Source: Tepidisphaeraceae bacterium (GTDB taxonomy: Bacteria > Planctomycetota > Phycisphaerae > Tepidisphaerales > Tepidisphaeraceae). Taken from it: DNA of 24,000 nt. The notes beneath the pieces were generated by a model, which saw only the letters and a list, made by a program, of their open reading frames with translations, was not told where the DNA came from and did no database searches. Positions 1 to 7,423 of the stretch are shown here, piece after piece. The translations under genes and the position numbers were made by a program. The stretch lies in assembly GCA_035695715.1 (NCBI GenBank), contig DASRRM010000034.1, forward strand, positions 9,470 through 33,469. Direction: 5' to 3'. Numbering within the stretch: position 1 is the first letter of the stretch; each line of letters opens with the position of its first letter.

Positions 1-2
1 GC

Positions 3-776
3 AGCCTGATGAATGGCCGCAACCTCTCTCAGTTCGCCAGCATCGAGTCCGACCCGTTCTACATCTACAACTTCCCCGGGTCGATGGAAATTGCCGCGGT
101 GTTCCGGCCTCATGTCAAGTACGAGGAAGGATTCATCACCGACCTGCAAGTCCCGGAAAATATCTTCCACTGCGATGCGGAAAACAACCTCGTCTTTTTC
201 ATCGGGCAGGAGCCCAACCTCAAATGGCAGGCGTTCGCCGACGCCATCTTCGAACTGGGCGCAACCGTCGGCGTGACGCGGATCATGTTCATCGGCAGCT
301 TCGGCGGCACCGTCCCGCACACCCGCGATTCGCGGCTGTTTGGCTCGGTTTCCCATCCGCACCTGCGCGACCGCCTCAAGACGCATCACGTCCGCCTGAG
401 CGATTACGAAGGGCCGTCCGGCTTTTCGACACTGCTGCTGGCGCAATCGCCAAAGCACAACATCGAAATGATGAGCATCGTTGCCGAAATACCGGGATAC
501 TTGCAGGGCCTTAATCCGCTGAGCATCGAAGCCGTCACGCGACGGCTGTCGGCCCTGCTCGATCTGCCGGTCGATTTCGACCGGCTGCGCAGCGCCAGCA
601 ACGAGTGGGAAGCCGAGGTGAGCGAGGCCGTCGAGGACGACAAGAAACTGGCGTCGACCGTGCGCAAGCTGGAGGAGCGCTACGACAACGAATTGATCGG
701 CGTGGTGCCGAGCGACGACGAAGATGAAGGCGAAGAGCAGGGGGAGGAAGTGGAGGGGGAAGAGGATGAGGAATAG
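3..776 (+). CDS. PAC2 (proteasome-assembly-chaperone-2-like) family protein, 5' end probably cut by the window edge; acidic C-terminal tail
   Basis: ORF track 9..776. The frame stays open to the window edge, with no stop in codons 3-8. Motifs FIGQEPNLKW, GSFGGTVPHTRDSR and YEGPSGFSTLLL match my recollection of bacterial PAC2 proteins, whose N-terminal ~50 aa seem to be missing here. The protein ends in DDEDEGEEQGEEVEGEEDEE. Confidence 0.7.
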   Translation, partial: SLMNGRNLSQFASIESDPFYIYNFPGSMEIAAVFRPHVKYEEGFITDLQVPENIFHCDAENNLVFFIGQEPNLKWQAFADAIFELGATVGVTRIMFIGSFGGTVPHTRDSRLFGSVSHPHLRDRLKTHHVRLSDYEGPSGFSTLLLAQSPKHNIEMMSIVAEIPGYLQGLNPLSIEAVTRRLSALLDLPVDFDRLRSASNEWEAEVSEAVEDDKKLASTVRKLEERYDNELIGVVPSDDEDEGEEQGEEVEGEEDEE

Positions 777-783
777 GCGGGTG

Positions 784-818
784 AATAACGAAATCCGAAT
801 GGCGAATGCCGAATTAGA
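784..818. repeat. Heptamer-periodic repeat (5 units: aataacg aaatccg aatggcg aatgccg aattaga)
   Basis: Read directly from the sequence. Period 7 with a conserved AAT..CG pattern, just downstream of the PAC2 stop. It belongs to the same style of repeat as 1462-1489, 14631-14647 and 22211-22238. Confidence 0.7.
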
Positions 819-909
819 GCGTCTTCAACGTTGATCGAATCGACAATCGTCATCCTGCTGAGACTATCCGAAGGAAGGTGTATGGCGTTGCGCACGGTGC
901 GCACGCGCA

Positions 910-1034
910 GCGATTGAATTCTCTGAAGTATGCACATCTTCTATAAGGGAGTGCGGGCCGTAGGGGCGCACGCAGTCGTCTAAGCGACCAGCGAGTCTCG
1001 TCGGCCTTGTGCATGGTTCAGAGAATTCAATCGC
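910..1034. repeat. Hairpin element copy 1 (core 916-1028, 113 nt) with terminal inverted repeats GCGATTGAATTCTCTGAA / TTCAGAGAATTCAATCGC; MITE-like or structured-RNA-like
   Basis: The 18-nt terminal arms are perfect reverse complements. The inner stem ATGCACA/TGTGCAT also pairs. The reverse complement of the core aligns without gaps to 1174-1286 with 11 mismatches in 113 nt (hand alignment). Confidence 0.8.
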
Positions 1035-1168
1035 GTCGCAACCGACGTAACTTGGAGGCTTTATATGTACATAGTCGCGAGGCGTTGGCGGCGGTGTGCC
1101 CGAACACTCGTAGCGTTCGCCGAATGATGCACAACAATGCACAACAATGCGGCATAATGCGTCGGGGC

Positions 1169-1291
1169 GGGCGGGATTCTCTGAACCGTGCACAAGGCCG
1201 ACCAGACTTGCTTGTCGCTTAGACGACTGCGTGCGCCCCTGCGGCCCGCACTTCCTTGCAGAAGATGTGCACACTTCAGAGAATCCCGCCC
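1169..1291. repeat. Hairpin element copy 2 (core 1174-1286), inverted relative to copy 1; terminal arms GGGCGGGATTCTCTGAA / TTCAGAGAATCCCGCCC
   Basis: About 90% identical to the reverse complement of 916-1028. Two of the differences are compensatory within stems (GAATTC..GAATTC vs GGATTC..GAATCC; ATGCACA..TGTGCAT vs GTGCACA..TGTGCAC). Confidence 0.8.
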
Positions 1292-1340
1292 TCGCTCCGC
1301 GTAGGATAGTCACAACGGGGTCGGCGCACGAGCCAGCACG

Positions 1341-1406
1341 CCTGAGGTATTCCGAAGGACCTGGCCCGCCTTCGCGTATCGGCTGGATCCTTCGGCGTAC
1401 CTCAGG
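1341..1406. repeat. REP-like hairpin, arms CCTGAGGTATTCCGAAGGAC / ATCCTTCGGCGTACCTCAGG
   Basis: 20-nt imperfect inverted repeat around a 26-nt loop. It shares the core CTGAGGTAYTCCGAAG with the hairpin at 20621-20703. Confidence 0.7.
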
Positions 1407-1461
1407 ATGATGGTCGCGCCAACGCGCCACCAACCTGAAAACTGCTATAAGAATTACCAGC

Positions 1462-1489
1462 GACCAATGACCAATGACAAATGACAAAT
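1462..1489. repeat. Heptamer tandem repeat gaccaat gaccaat gacaaat gacaaat
   Basis: Four direct 7-nt units ending 4 nt before the amidohydrolase ATG at 1494. The complement reads GTCATTK, like the repeat at 22217-22237. Confidence 0.75.
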
Positions 1490-1493
1490 CCCC

Positions 1494-2450
1494 ATGATCC
1501 TCGACCTCCATGTTCACATCTCGGCCACCACGCCCGGCAGGGGGAAGATGTCGCCGCGCCTGCTGAAGAGCATCCCTTTCCGCTTCATGCGCTGGAAGTT
1601 CGGCATTAAGGGGACGGATCCATCGTCCGACCGCGCGATCGAGGCGAAGCTGGCTGATACGATCAGCGGCGCGACAAAACTGGATGCCGCCGTGGTGCTG
1701 GCGTTTGACGCGGTGCATGATGGGGAGGGGAATCTCGACGATGCCAACACGCATCTTTACGTGACGAATGATTATGTGATCGAGCTGGCCGCCCGGCATA
1801 AGAACATGCTGTTTGGCTGCTCGGTGCATCCGTATCGCAAGGACGCGGTGGCGGAGATCGAGCGGTGCGTGAAGGCCGGGGCGGTGCTGTGCAAATGGCT
1901 GCCGATCGTGCAGAATTTCAATCCCGCCGATAAGCGGTGTTTTCCGTTTTACGAAGCGTTGGCGCACCACAAGCTGCCGCTGCTCAGTCATACTGGCGGG
2001 GAAAAGACGCTGCCTTGCCTCGATCTTTCCGTGGCCGACCCAAAGCTGCTGCTTCCCGCAGTCGAGCGCGGCGTGACGGTCATCGCCGCCCATTGCGGGA
2101 CGCGATCGGCCCCGGGCGAAACCGATTTTCTCCCGAATTTCGCACAGATGGCCCAGCAGCACGAAAACTTTTTCGGCGATACCGCGGCCCTCAACATGCC
2201 AACCCGCTCGTATGCCTGGCAAACGCTTTTGAAAAGCCCCGCGCTGCTGAAAAAACTCGTGCATGGCAGCGACTGGCCGATCCCGGCATTTCCGCCATTT
2301 CGGCAATTGGGCTTCGCCGGCTTGCGCTATTTCCGCGAGAACAACTGGATGCACCGCGACACGCTCATCAAGGAGAAAATGGGCCTGGGCGACGACTATT
2401 GGCGCCGGGCGGCGAAGGTGCTGCGAATCGGGCTAAGCAATTCACAATGA
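1494..2450 (+). CDS. Metal-dependent amidohydrolase (TIM-barrel, Amidohydro_2-like) family protein
   Basis: ATG start at 1494, 318 aa. N-terminal ILDLHVHI (HxH metal ligands), AAHCG and HGSDWP (C-terminal Asp) motifs are present. The 496-aa ORF on the opposite strand is Arg-rich and runs across repeats, so it looks like an antisense shadow. Confidence 0.85.
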   Translation: MILDLHVHISATTPGRGKMSPRLLKSIPFRFMRWKFGIKGTDPSSDRAIEAKLADTISGATKLDAAVVLAFDAVHDGEGNLDDANTHLYVTNDYVIELAARHKNMLFGCSVHPYRKDAVAEIERCVKAGAVLCKWLPIVQNFNPADKRCFPFYEALAHHKLPLLSHTGGEKTLPCLDLSVADPKLLLPAVERGVTVIAAHCGTRSAPGETDFLPNFAQMAQQHENFFGDTAALNMPTRSYAWQTLLKSPALLKKLVHGSDWPIPAFPPFRQLGFAGLRYFRENNWMHRDTLIKEKMGLGDDYWRRAAKVLRIGLSNSQ

Positions 2451-2497
2451 TTTGATGCGCAAAGGACTCAGCGCGGCCTCGGCTTCAGCCAAATTCG

Positions 2498-2693
2498 GCG
2501 CGCCAAGAACGCCAAGGAGCCAAGACTGCCAAGGAAAAACGGAAGAGACTCAAACGTGAAGTTGCGAGATTGCCGGCAGCTTGCCCGTGCTTTTTCAAAA
2601 GCTATCACCGGGACCACCATGATAGGATCACCATGGATCCAAGGATCGAATGCCCCTCCTTGGTGCTCTTGGCGGCTTGGCGTTCTTGGCGCG
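2498..2693. repeat. Long-range inverted repeat (arms 2498-2535 and 2657-2693, about 120-nt loop) built from CCAAGAACGCCAAG-type units
   Basis: Arm 1 is gcgcgccaagaacgccaaggagccaagactgccaagga. The reverse complement of arm 2 is ctcgcgccaagaacgccaagccgccaagagcaccaagga; 17 nt are perfect and the rest partly match. It sits between the convergent stops at 2450 (+) and 2704 (-). Confidence 0.7.
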
Positions 2694-2703
2694 AGTATTA
2701 ACT

Positions 2704-3291
2704 TCACTCGCTTTGATTTTGCAGCGGCACATTCGCCGCCGCATCGCGCGTCGGGCGCGCTTCCCCATGGCTGACCTTTACCAGCGGGACATCAAGCATC
2801 ATCGCCAGGAAAAGCGCCTGCTGGCATGGGATCGGCGTTGGCGGGAATTCCAGCGTGGCGGTTTGCGTGAGAATTTCGATCCGGGCATCGCGGTCGCACG
2901 TGCCGCTGAGCGTCAGCCGAACGGCCGACACGGATTCAAAATCGATTTGCTGCTCCATGTACCAACGCCGGGTTCCGGTGCGCACGCGAATGTGCCGGCA
3001 GGAAGCCAGGAGGGCGGTTTCGACGGCCCAGCCGCGGGCGATCCACGCGCAAAACAAAAACGCCGCCGCAAAGCCGAAACTCAGCGATCCCTCCCAGCGG
3101 CCATGCATCGCGGCGGGAATGGCGATCGCCAGATGCAAGCTCCCCAGCGCCGCCAAAAACGCGACGGCAGTCCAATTGATCGGCGTGCGCAAACGCACAT
3201 CCGGAAAACGTGGGGCGGGAATACGGCCAGGATCGAGCAAGCGTTCCTCGCAATCGCCGCGATGGGGCAATTCGGCAATACAGTAAAACAA
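2704..3291 (-). CDS. Hypothetical membrane protein (two predicted TM helices plus a C-terminal soluble beta-rich domain)
   Basis: The minus frame has G/C-rich third codon positions when read by hand. Hydrophobic segments are WTAVAFLAALGSLHLAIAIPAAM and LSFGFAAAFLFCAWIARGWAV. The ORF-track start at 3291 is TTG. A GTG at 3198 giving MRLRTPINWTAV... is an equally plausible start. The overlapping plus-strand ORF 2650..3318 is R/K/Q-rich and was rejected. Confidence 0.55.
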   Translation of the reverse strand: MFYCIAELPHRGDCEERLLDPGRIPAPRFPDVRLRTPINWTAVAFLAALGSLHLAIAIPAAMHGRWEGSLSFGFAAAFLFCAWIARGWAVETALLASCRHIRVRTGTRRWYMEQQIDFESVSAVRLTLSGTCDRDARIEILTQTATLEFPPTPIPCQQALFLAMMLDVPLVKVSHGEARPTRDAAANVPLQNQSE

Positions 3292-3337
3292 AAACGAGTG
3301 GCTGTCGTCAACAAATAGCGCCGGAAGAAACGGCGCG

Positions 3338-3492
3338 GGGCGTGGCCGTCATTTTCGGCACGATCATTCGTGACACGGCCGTCTCGGCCGTACCTTACGG
3401 TCTCGGCGTGAAAACACGAAGCACGGGCGGGACGCGCGAGACCCGCGAGACGCGCGTGTCACGAATAATCGGGCCAAAAAAAAGCCACGCCC
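3338..3492. repeat. Composite 155-nt imperfect hairpin (outer arms GGGCGTGGC/GCCACGCCC, inner arms ATTCGTGACACG/CGTGTCACGAAT) with internal GCGAGAC direct repeats
   Basis: Arms were read directly: 3338-3346 vs 3484-3492, and 3366-3377 vs 3455-3466. The interior contains gacgcgcgagacccgcgagacgcgcg. It ends 66 nt before the ATG at 3558. Confidence 0.65.
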
Positions 3493-3557
3493 ATTACGTG
3501 AGCAGACGACAAGCCGGAGACGAATTGTGCCCGGATTTCCGCTATGATGGCCGGGTC

Positions 3558-4172
3558 ATGAAACGCCGGCTGTTTACCATCGCGTCCGCGCTGTCGCTGG
3601 TGTTGTGCGCGGCGGCGTGCGCGATGTGGGGGCGGAGTTCATCAACAACCGAAGACTTTGAATCCGCACACTACTCAAACAACGTCGGCGATTGGTCGGC
3701 TTACGTGCGCGATGGGGTTTATCCTCACAAGGGCGATCTTCAATTCGTTCACAGCGTCATGCTGCGAAATCCCCGTTTCAACGATCACTTCGACACCGGC
3801 TTGCGACATCACCGGGAAAGCCGGGTCAACAGCGCCTATTACACCTATGTAATCCGCAATTCGTTCGCCGGGTTCGGGTGGGGAAGCGTCCATGATCAAA
3901 ACAATCTCACGCGCTACTCGGCAAGCGGCATGGTGATACCGATTTGGTTGCTTGTCGTGATCACGATGGTGATGCCGGTTGCGTGGGGCGCCGGGTCGTA
4001 CCGTCGCCGGGTCAGAAGATGCGAGAATAAATGCGTGAACTGCGGCTATGACCTTCGCGCTACCGTCGAGCGATGCCGGCGTCGAAACAAACAACGCCCA
4101 GCACGGCGGTCGGGAGGTCAAAAGAAAGAAAAATCCACGGAGTTGAAAGGCGAATCGCCTGCCGGTCTCTAA
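3558..4172 (+). CDS. Hypothetical membrane-anchored protein with a C-terminal CxxCGYDLRA zinc-ribbon-like motif (planctomycete-type)
   Basis: The internal ATG at 3558 gives MKRRLFTIASALSLVLCAAACA (signal/anchor). A second TM segment is MVIPIWLLVVITMVMPVAW, followed by RRRVRRCENKCVNCGYDLRATVERC. The upstream 116 codons of ORF 3210..4172 are encoded by the hairpin element and were discarded. Confidence 0.65.
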   Translation: MKRRLFTIASALSLVLCAAACAMWGRSSSTTEDFESAHYSNNVGDWSAYVRDGVYPHKGDLQFVHSVMLRNPRFNDHFDTGLRHHRESRVNSAYYTYVIRNSFAGFGWGSVHDQNNLTRYSASGMVIPIWLLVVITMVMPVAWGAGSYRRRVRRCENKCVNCGYDLRATVERCRRRNKQRPARRSGGQKKEKSTELKGESPAGL

Positions 4173-4259
4173 GTAACCTTGGGCGCGGCGACGATTCGAA
4201 TCTTCGTAGTCGGCGATTCGACTCTTTGTAGGATCTGCTTCTGAGCTTGCGAAGTTATT

Positions 4260-4326
4260 CGTGCCATGGACGCCCGCCCGTGCTTCTGATCCAGAAAAAA
4301 CATGGGCGAGCCGCCCATGCCACACG
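4260..4326. repeat. REP-like imperfect hairpin (CGTGCCATGGACGCCCGCCCGTG ... CATGGGCGAGCCGCCCATGCCACACG)
   Basis: Hand pairing gives about 20 of 26 positions paired around the loop cttctgatccagaaaaaa. It sits between the convergent stops at 4172 (+) and 4373 (-). It shares the GGGCGAG(A/C)CGCCC core with 12825-12891. Confidence 0.55.
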
Positions 4327-4372
4327 ATGTAATGGCCCGCGGTGCGGACCCTACATAAATTGCGCAAGGTCA

Positions 4373-7318
4373 TTAGCTCTTCTGCGCCGACGCCTCTGCC
4401 GTCAGGCCGGCCTCCTGGCTCTTTTTTTGGTACTCGGCGTTGAGGTGATCCACCTTAGCCTTGGCGTCGGCGACGGTTTTGGCGGCGGCGTCGGCGGCGG
4501 TTTTGCGCTTGGGCAGGTCGGCCTGCGATGCCGCCAGCGCCTGCTTCCATCCCTCGATCTTCTTCGGATAGCTTGCCAGGTCGGCCTTGTCCTTGGCGAG
4601 AAGTTGCTCGGCGGAGGCGACGGCGCCGCCGGCCGCCTTGAAGGCGTCGGCCTTGGCGGCGGCAACCGGTTTTGTGGCATCGACATCGGCCGTCAGGGAT
4701 TCCACGACGTTCCGGGCCTTGGCGGCGGCATCGCCGAGGGCCTTGTCGCCCGGCGTCTTGGGAGCCTCTACCCAGAGCTTTGTGGCCAAGGCGTTGGCCT
4801 CAGTGAGAAACGCCTGCTTCTGCGCCAAGGCGGCCTGTGCGGCCTGGTCGGCGGCCTGGGCGGGGGCGACGGCTTCTTTGGCCTTGGCGATGGCGGCTTC
4901 TTCCTGCTTCAGCCGGGTCGGCGCCTCGGCCATCGCTTTTTCCGCGCCGGAAATCGCGGCGGTGTTGTTGTCCAATTCCGCTTGGACGGATTTCACGGCG
5001 GCGGTCATCTGATCGAACTCAGTCTGTTTGGCCGCCAGTTCCTGCTTCGCGGAATAAACCGTGAGAAAGAACTGCCCGACATGCAGCCGGATTATTTCCG
5101 CTTTGGCGGCGGCGAGCTCCTTGTTGCCCGCGTCGGCGGCGGTTTTCGCCTTGGCGGCGTTGGCCGTCGCGGCCTTGATCTGCCCGGCCATCGGCGCGAT
5201 GGATTTGTCGGCAGCGGCTAATTCGGCCTTGGCCTTGTTTAGCGCGGCGTCGGCTTCGTTATGCGCAGCGCGGAACTTTTCCACATTGGCCGCTTGATCG
5301 GCCAATGCTTTTTTCCCGGCTTCCAGCGCGTCTTTCGCCTTGGCCAACTCGCCTTGCGCCTTGTTCAGGTCATCGGAAATTTTGGCGGCTTGATCGGCGC
5401 GCTCCTTCATGCCGGTCTTGGCCGATGCCAGGGCATTTTGCGCCGATTCCATCGCCGATTTTTTGTCTTTGGCGGCGGCGGCAAGGCCGGCGTCGTCGGG
5501 TTTTTTGGAGGCTTCATCCTGGGCGGCGTCGGCGGCGGATTTGGCCGCGTCGAACTGCTTCTGGATCGAGTCGACGTTGTCCTTCGCCGCCTGCACCAGT
5601 TTACCTGCCGCGTCGCGATTGGTCGTTGCCTCGGCAATCGTCTTGGTCAAGCGGTCGATGGCTGATTGCTTTTCGGGAAGCGCCGCCTCGGCGGTCTTTT
5701 TCGCGGCTTCGGCGCTGTGCATGCTCTCTTCGGCCGACTTCATCTGCGCCTGGCACGTCTCAATTTGCTTCTTCGCGTTGGCCGCGTTTGCCTGGGCGGT
5801 TTTTTCATCCAGCTGAAGTTTGTCGACGGCGGCCTGGGCGGCGGATGCATCCGCAACCGCTTTGTCACAGGTGGGCTGAAGCTCGGCGGCATGCTTCTCG
5901 GCGTTGGCCAGGCGCTCGGCCAGCGGCGGAGGGTTGGAATTCAGGTGGCCGATCAATTTACCGTCGGCAGCATTCCACACCCGCAGTTCGCCGGTCCAGT
6001 CGCCGGCAATCACGCGGTTGCCGACATAGTCGAAGGTCGCATGCAGGGCGATGTCACTAAATGCATCGAAAGCACGTATCTGCGAGCCATCGGGCTTCCA
6101 GATTTTCACGACATGGTCGCGGCCACAGGTGACCAGCCGACCGTCGTGGGTGAAGGCAACCGACAGCACGCCTCCCGAATGCGCCTGCCAGCTCTTGGCT
6201 TCCTTGCCGCTTTGCATATCCCAAAGCTTGACCGTGCCATCTTCGCTGGCGCTGGCAAGGATGTTGGCGTCATCGCGGAAGGCGACCGACGTGATGGCGG
6301 CCTTGTGGCCGGCGAGATTGTAGAATTCAGCGCCGGTTTTGCTTTCCCAGACAAACAGCCCGCCGGCCCGGTCGCCGCTGGCCATCAAAACGCCGTCGGG
6401 GCTGAAGCTGCACGCCGTCACCCAATCCGTGTGCTTCTTGATGACGTGAACCAGCGACCCATCGCGCGTTGCATAAACTTTGAAGACTTTCGTCGGCCCG
6501 CCAAGACAGACATAGGACTGATCCGGGCTGATGTCGGCGGCCAATACCGAGTCGAACTCGTCGCCGATGTCGGTGATTTTCTGCCCGGTGGTCACATCCC
6601 ACAGGTTGACCTTCCCGCTCTTGGCGGCAACGCCGCCGCCCACCAGCAGCACGCGCCCATTTCGGCTGAACTGCACGACTTGCGGCTCGCCGTCGGTGTA
6701 CGGGACGATGCCGAGCAAATCGAGCGAATCGGTGTTGTAGAGAAGGATCTGGTGTTGCCCACCGATGGCGACCACCGGCGCCCAGGGGCTGGTTGCCATG
6801 CACGCCGTCGCCCAGGCGCGATCAGCGCGGACGACCGGCTCGGGAAGCAGATCGTGGGGCATGGGTGGCGGGCCGTCCGGCTTTTTCATCGCGCCGGCGG
6901 CAACGGCCATGTCGATCTTCGGCTTGGCCGACACGGCGGGCTTGCCTGTTGCTGTCTCCAAGGCCCCGGCCGCGATCCACTCCTTAATGATGTTCAGTTC
7001 CTTATCGGGAAGCTTGTCCTTCTTGGGCGGCATCGTCGGATCTTCGGCGTGCGTCACCACTTTATAGAGCAAGCTTCCCTCCGGGTCGCCGGAGTTGATG
7101 ACCGGGCCGTTATTGCTGCCGGCCAGGGCATGCTGATAGGTGCTGAGATCGAGCCCGGCTTTTTTCTTGTCGGGGTTGTGGCAGTTGAGGCAGTTATTGC
7201 GGAACAGGGGAAGGACATCGTCCTGGTAATTGGTCTTCTCGGCGCCTTGCGCGGAAAGAGAGAAGAGCGCCGATACAGCGGCGCAAGTAAGGATCGAATA
7301 CTTCGTGGAACGGCTCAT
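4373..7318 (-). CDS. Secreted planctomycete cytochrome-c-domain (PSCyt1, CxxCH) / WD40 beta-propeller protein with a ~516-aa Ala/Lys/Gln-rich coiled-coil C-terminus
   Basis: ATG at 7318. Signal peptide MSRSTKYSILTCAAVSALFSLSAQG. CLNCH heme motif at aa 43-47 in the context LPLFRNNCLNCHNPDKKKAGLDL. Canonical WD repeats are present (GHKAAITSVAFRDDANILASASEDGTVKLWD, AHSGGVLSVAFTHDGRLVTCGRDHVVKIWK). From aa ~466 to 981 the sequence is continuous heptad-like A/K/E/Q. Confidence 0.9.
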   Translation of the reverse strand: MSRSTKYSILTCAAVSALFSLSAQGAEKTNYQDDVLPLFRNNCLNCHNPDKKKAGLDLSTYQHALAGSNNGPVINSGDPEGSLLYKVVTHAEDPTMPPKKDKLPDKELNIIKEWIAAGALETATGKPAVSAKPKIDMAVAAGAMKKPDGPPPMPHDLLPEPVVRADRAWATACMATSPWAPVVAIGGQHQILLYNTDSLDLLGIVPYTDGEPQVVQFSRNGRVLLVGGGVAAKSGKVNLWDVTTGQKITDIGDEFDSVLAADISPDQSYVCLGGPTKVFKVYATRDGSLVHVIKKHTDWVTACSFSPDGVLMASGDRAGGLFVWESKTGAEFYNLAGHKAAITSVAFRDDANILASASEDGTVKLWDMQSGKEAKSWQAHSGGVLSVAFTHDGRLVTCGRDHVVKIWKPDGSQIRAFDAFSDIALHATFDYVGNRVIAGDWTGELRVWNAADGKLIGHLNSNPPPLAERLANAEKHAAELQPTCDKAVADASAAQAAVDKLQLDEKTAQANAANAKKQIETCQAQMKSAEESMHSAEAAKKTAEAALPEKQSAIDRLTKTIAEATTNRDAAGKLVQAAKDNVDSIQKQFDAAKSAADAAQDEASKKPDDAGLAAAAKDKKSAMESAQNALASAKTGMKERADQAAKISDDLNKAQGELAKAKDALEAGKKALADQAANVEKFRAAHNEADAALNKAKAELAAADKSIAPMAGQIKAATANAAKAKTAADAGNKELAAAKAEIIRLHVGQFFLTVYSAKQELAAKQTEFDQMTAAVKSVQAELDNNTAAISGAEKAMAEAPTRLKQEEAAIAKAKEAVAPAQAADQAAQAALAQKQAFLTEANALATKLWVEAPKTPGDKALGDAAAKARNVVESLTADVDATKPVAAAKADAFKAAGGAVASAEQLLAKDKADLASYPKKIEGWKQALAASQADLPKRKTAADAAAKTVADAKAKVDHLNAEYQKKSQEAGLTAEASAQKS

Positions 7319-7341
7319 TCTCTGTGGCTCCCATATTCCCG

Positions 7342-7421
7342 GGCGTGGTCACTTTAGTGACCATGTATACAAAACTACCATGCACCAAATATTTCAGCAT
7401 GGTCACTGAAGTGACCACGCC
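7342..7421. promoter_or_regulatory. Twin perfect 18-bp palindromes TGGTCAC-N4-GTGACCA (7346-7363 and 7400-7417) within a 24-nt inverted repeat; candidate operator pair or RNA hairpin
   Basis: Read directly from the sequence. Both half-site pairs are perfect reverse complements, with spacers TTTA and TGAA and centres 54 bp apart. The element fills the 105-nt gap between the stop at 7424 and the ATG at 7318. Confidence 0.5.
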
Positions 7422-7423
7422 TT

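Noticed and set aside
864-2354. 496-aa minus-strand ORF
   Set aside because: It is antisense to the well-supported amidohydrolase gene and runs through the hairpin and repeat spacer. Its Arg/Gly/His-rich composition is typical of a high-GC shadow frame.
2650-3318. 222-aa plus-strand ORF
   Set aside because: It has an R/K/Q-rich composition and starts inside the inverted-repeat arm. The minus-strand frame has TM helices and G/C-rich third positions.
3210-3557. N-terminal 116-codon extension of ORF 3210..4172
   Set aside because: It is encoded by the 155-nt composite hairpin. The internal ATG at 3558 gives a proper signal/anchor sequence.
4247-7357. Several long plus-strand ORFs (324, 251, 563 aa and others) opposite the CxxCH-WD40-coiled-coil gene
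   Set aside because: They are G/R/L-rich low-complexity translations of the complement of GCN-rich Ala codons, with no motifs. The minus-strand frame has clear domains.
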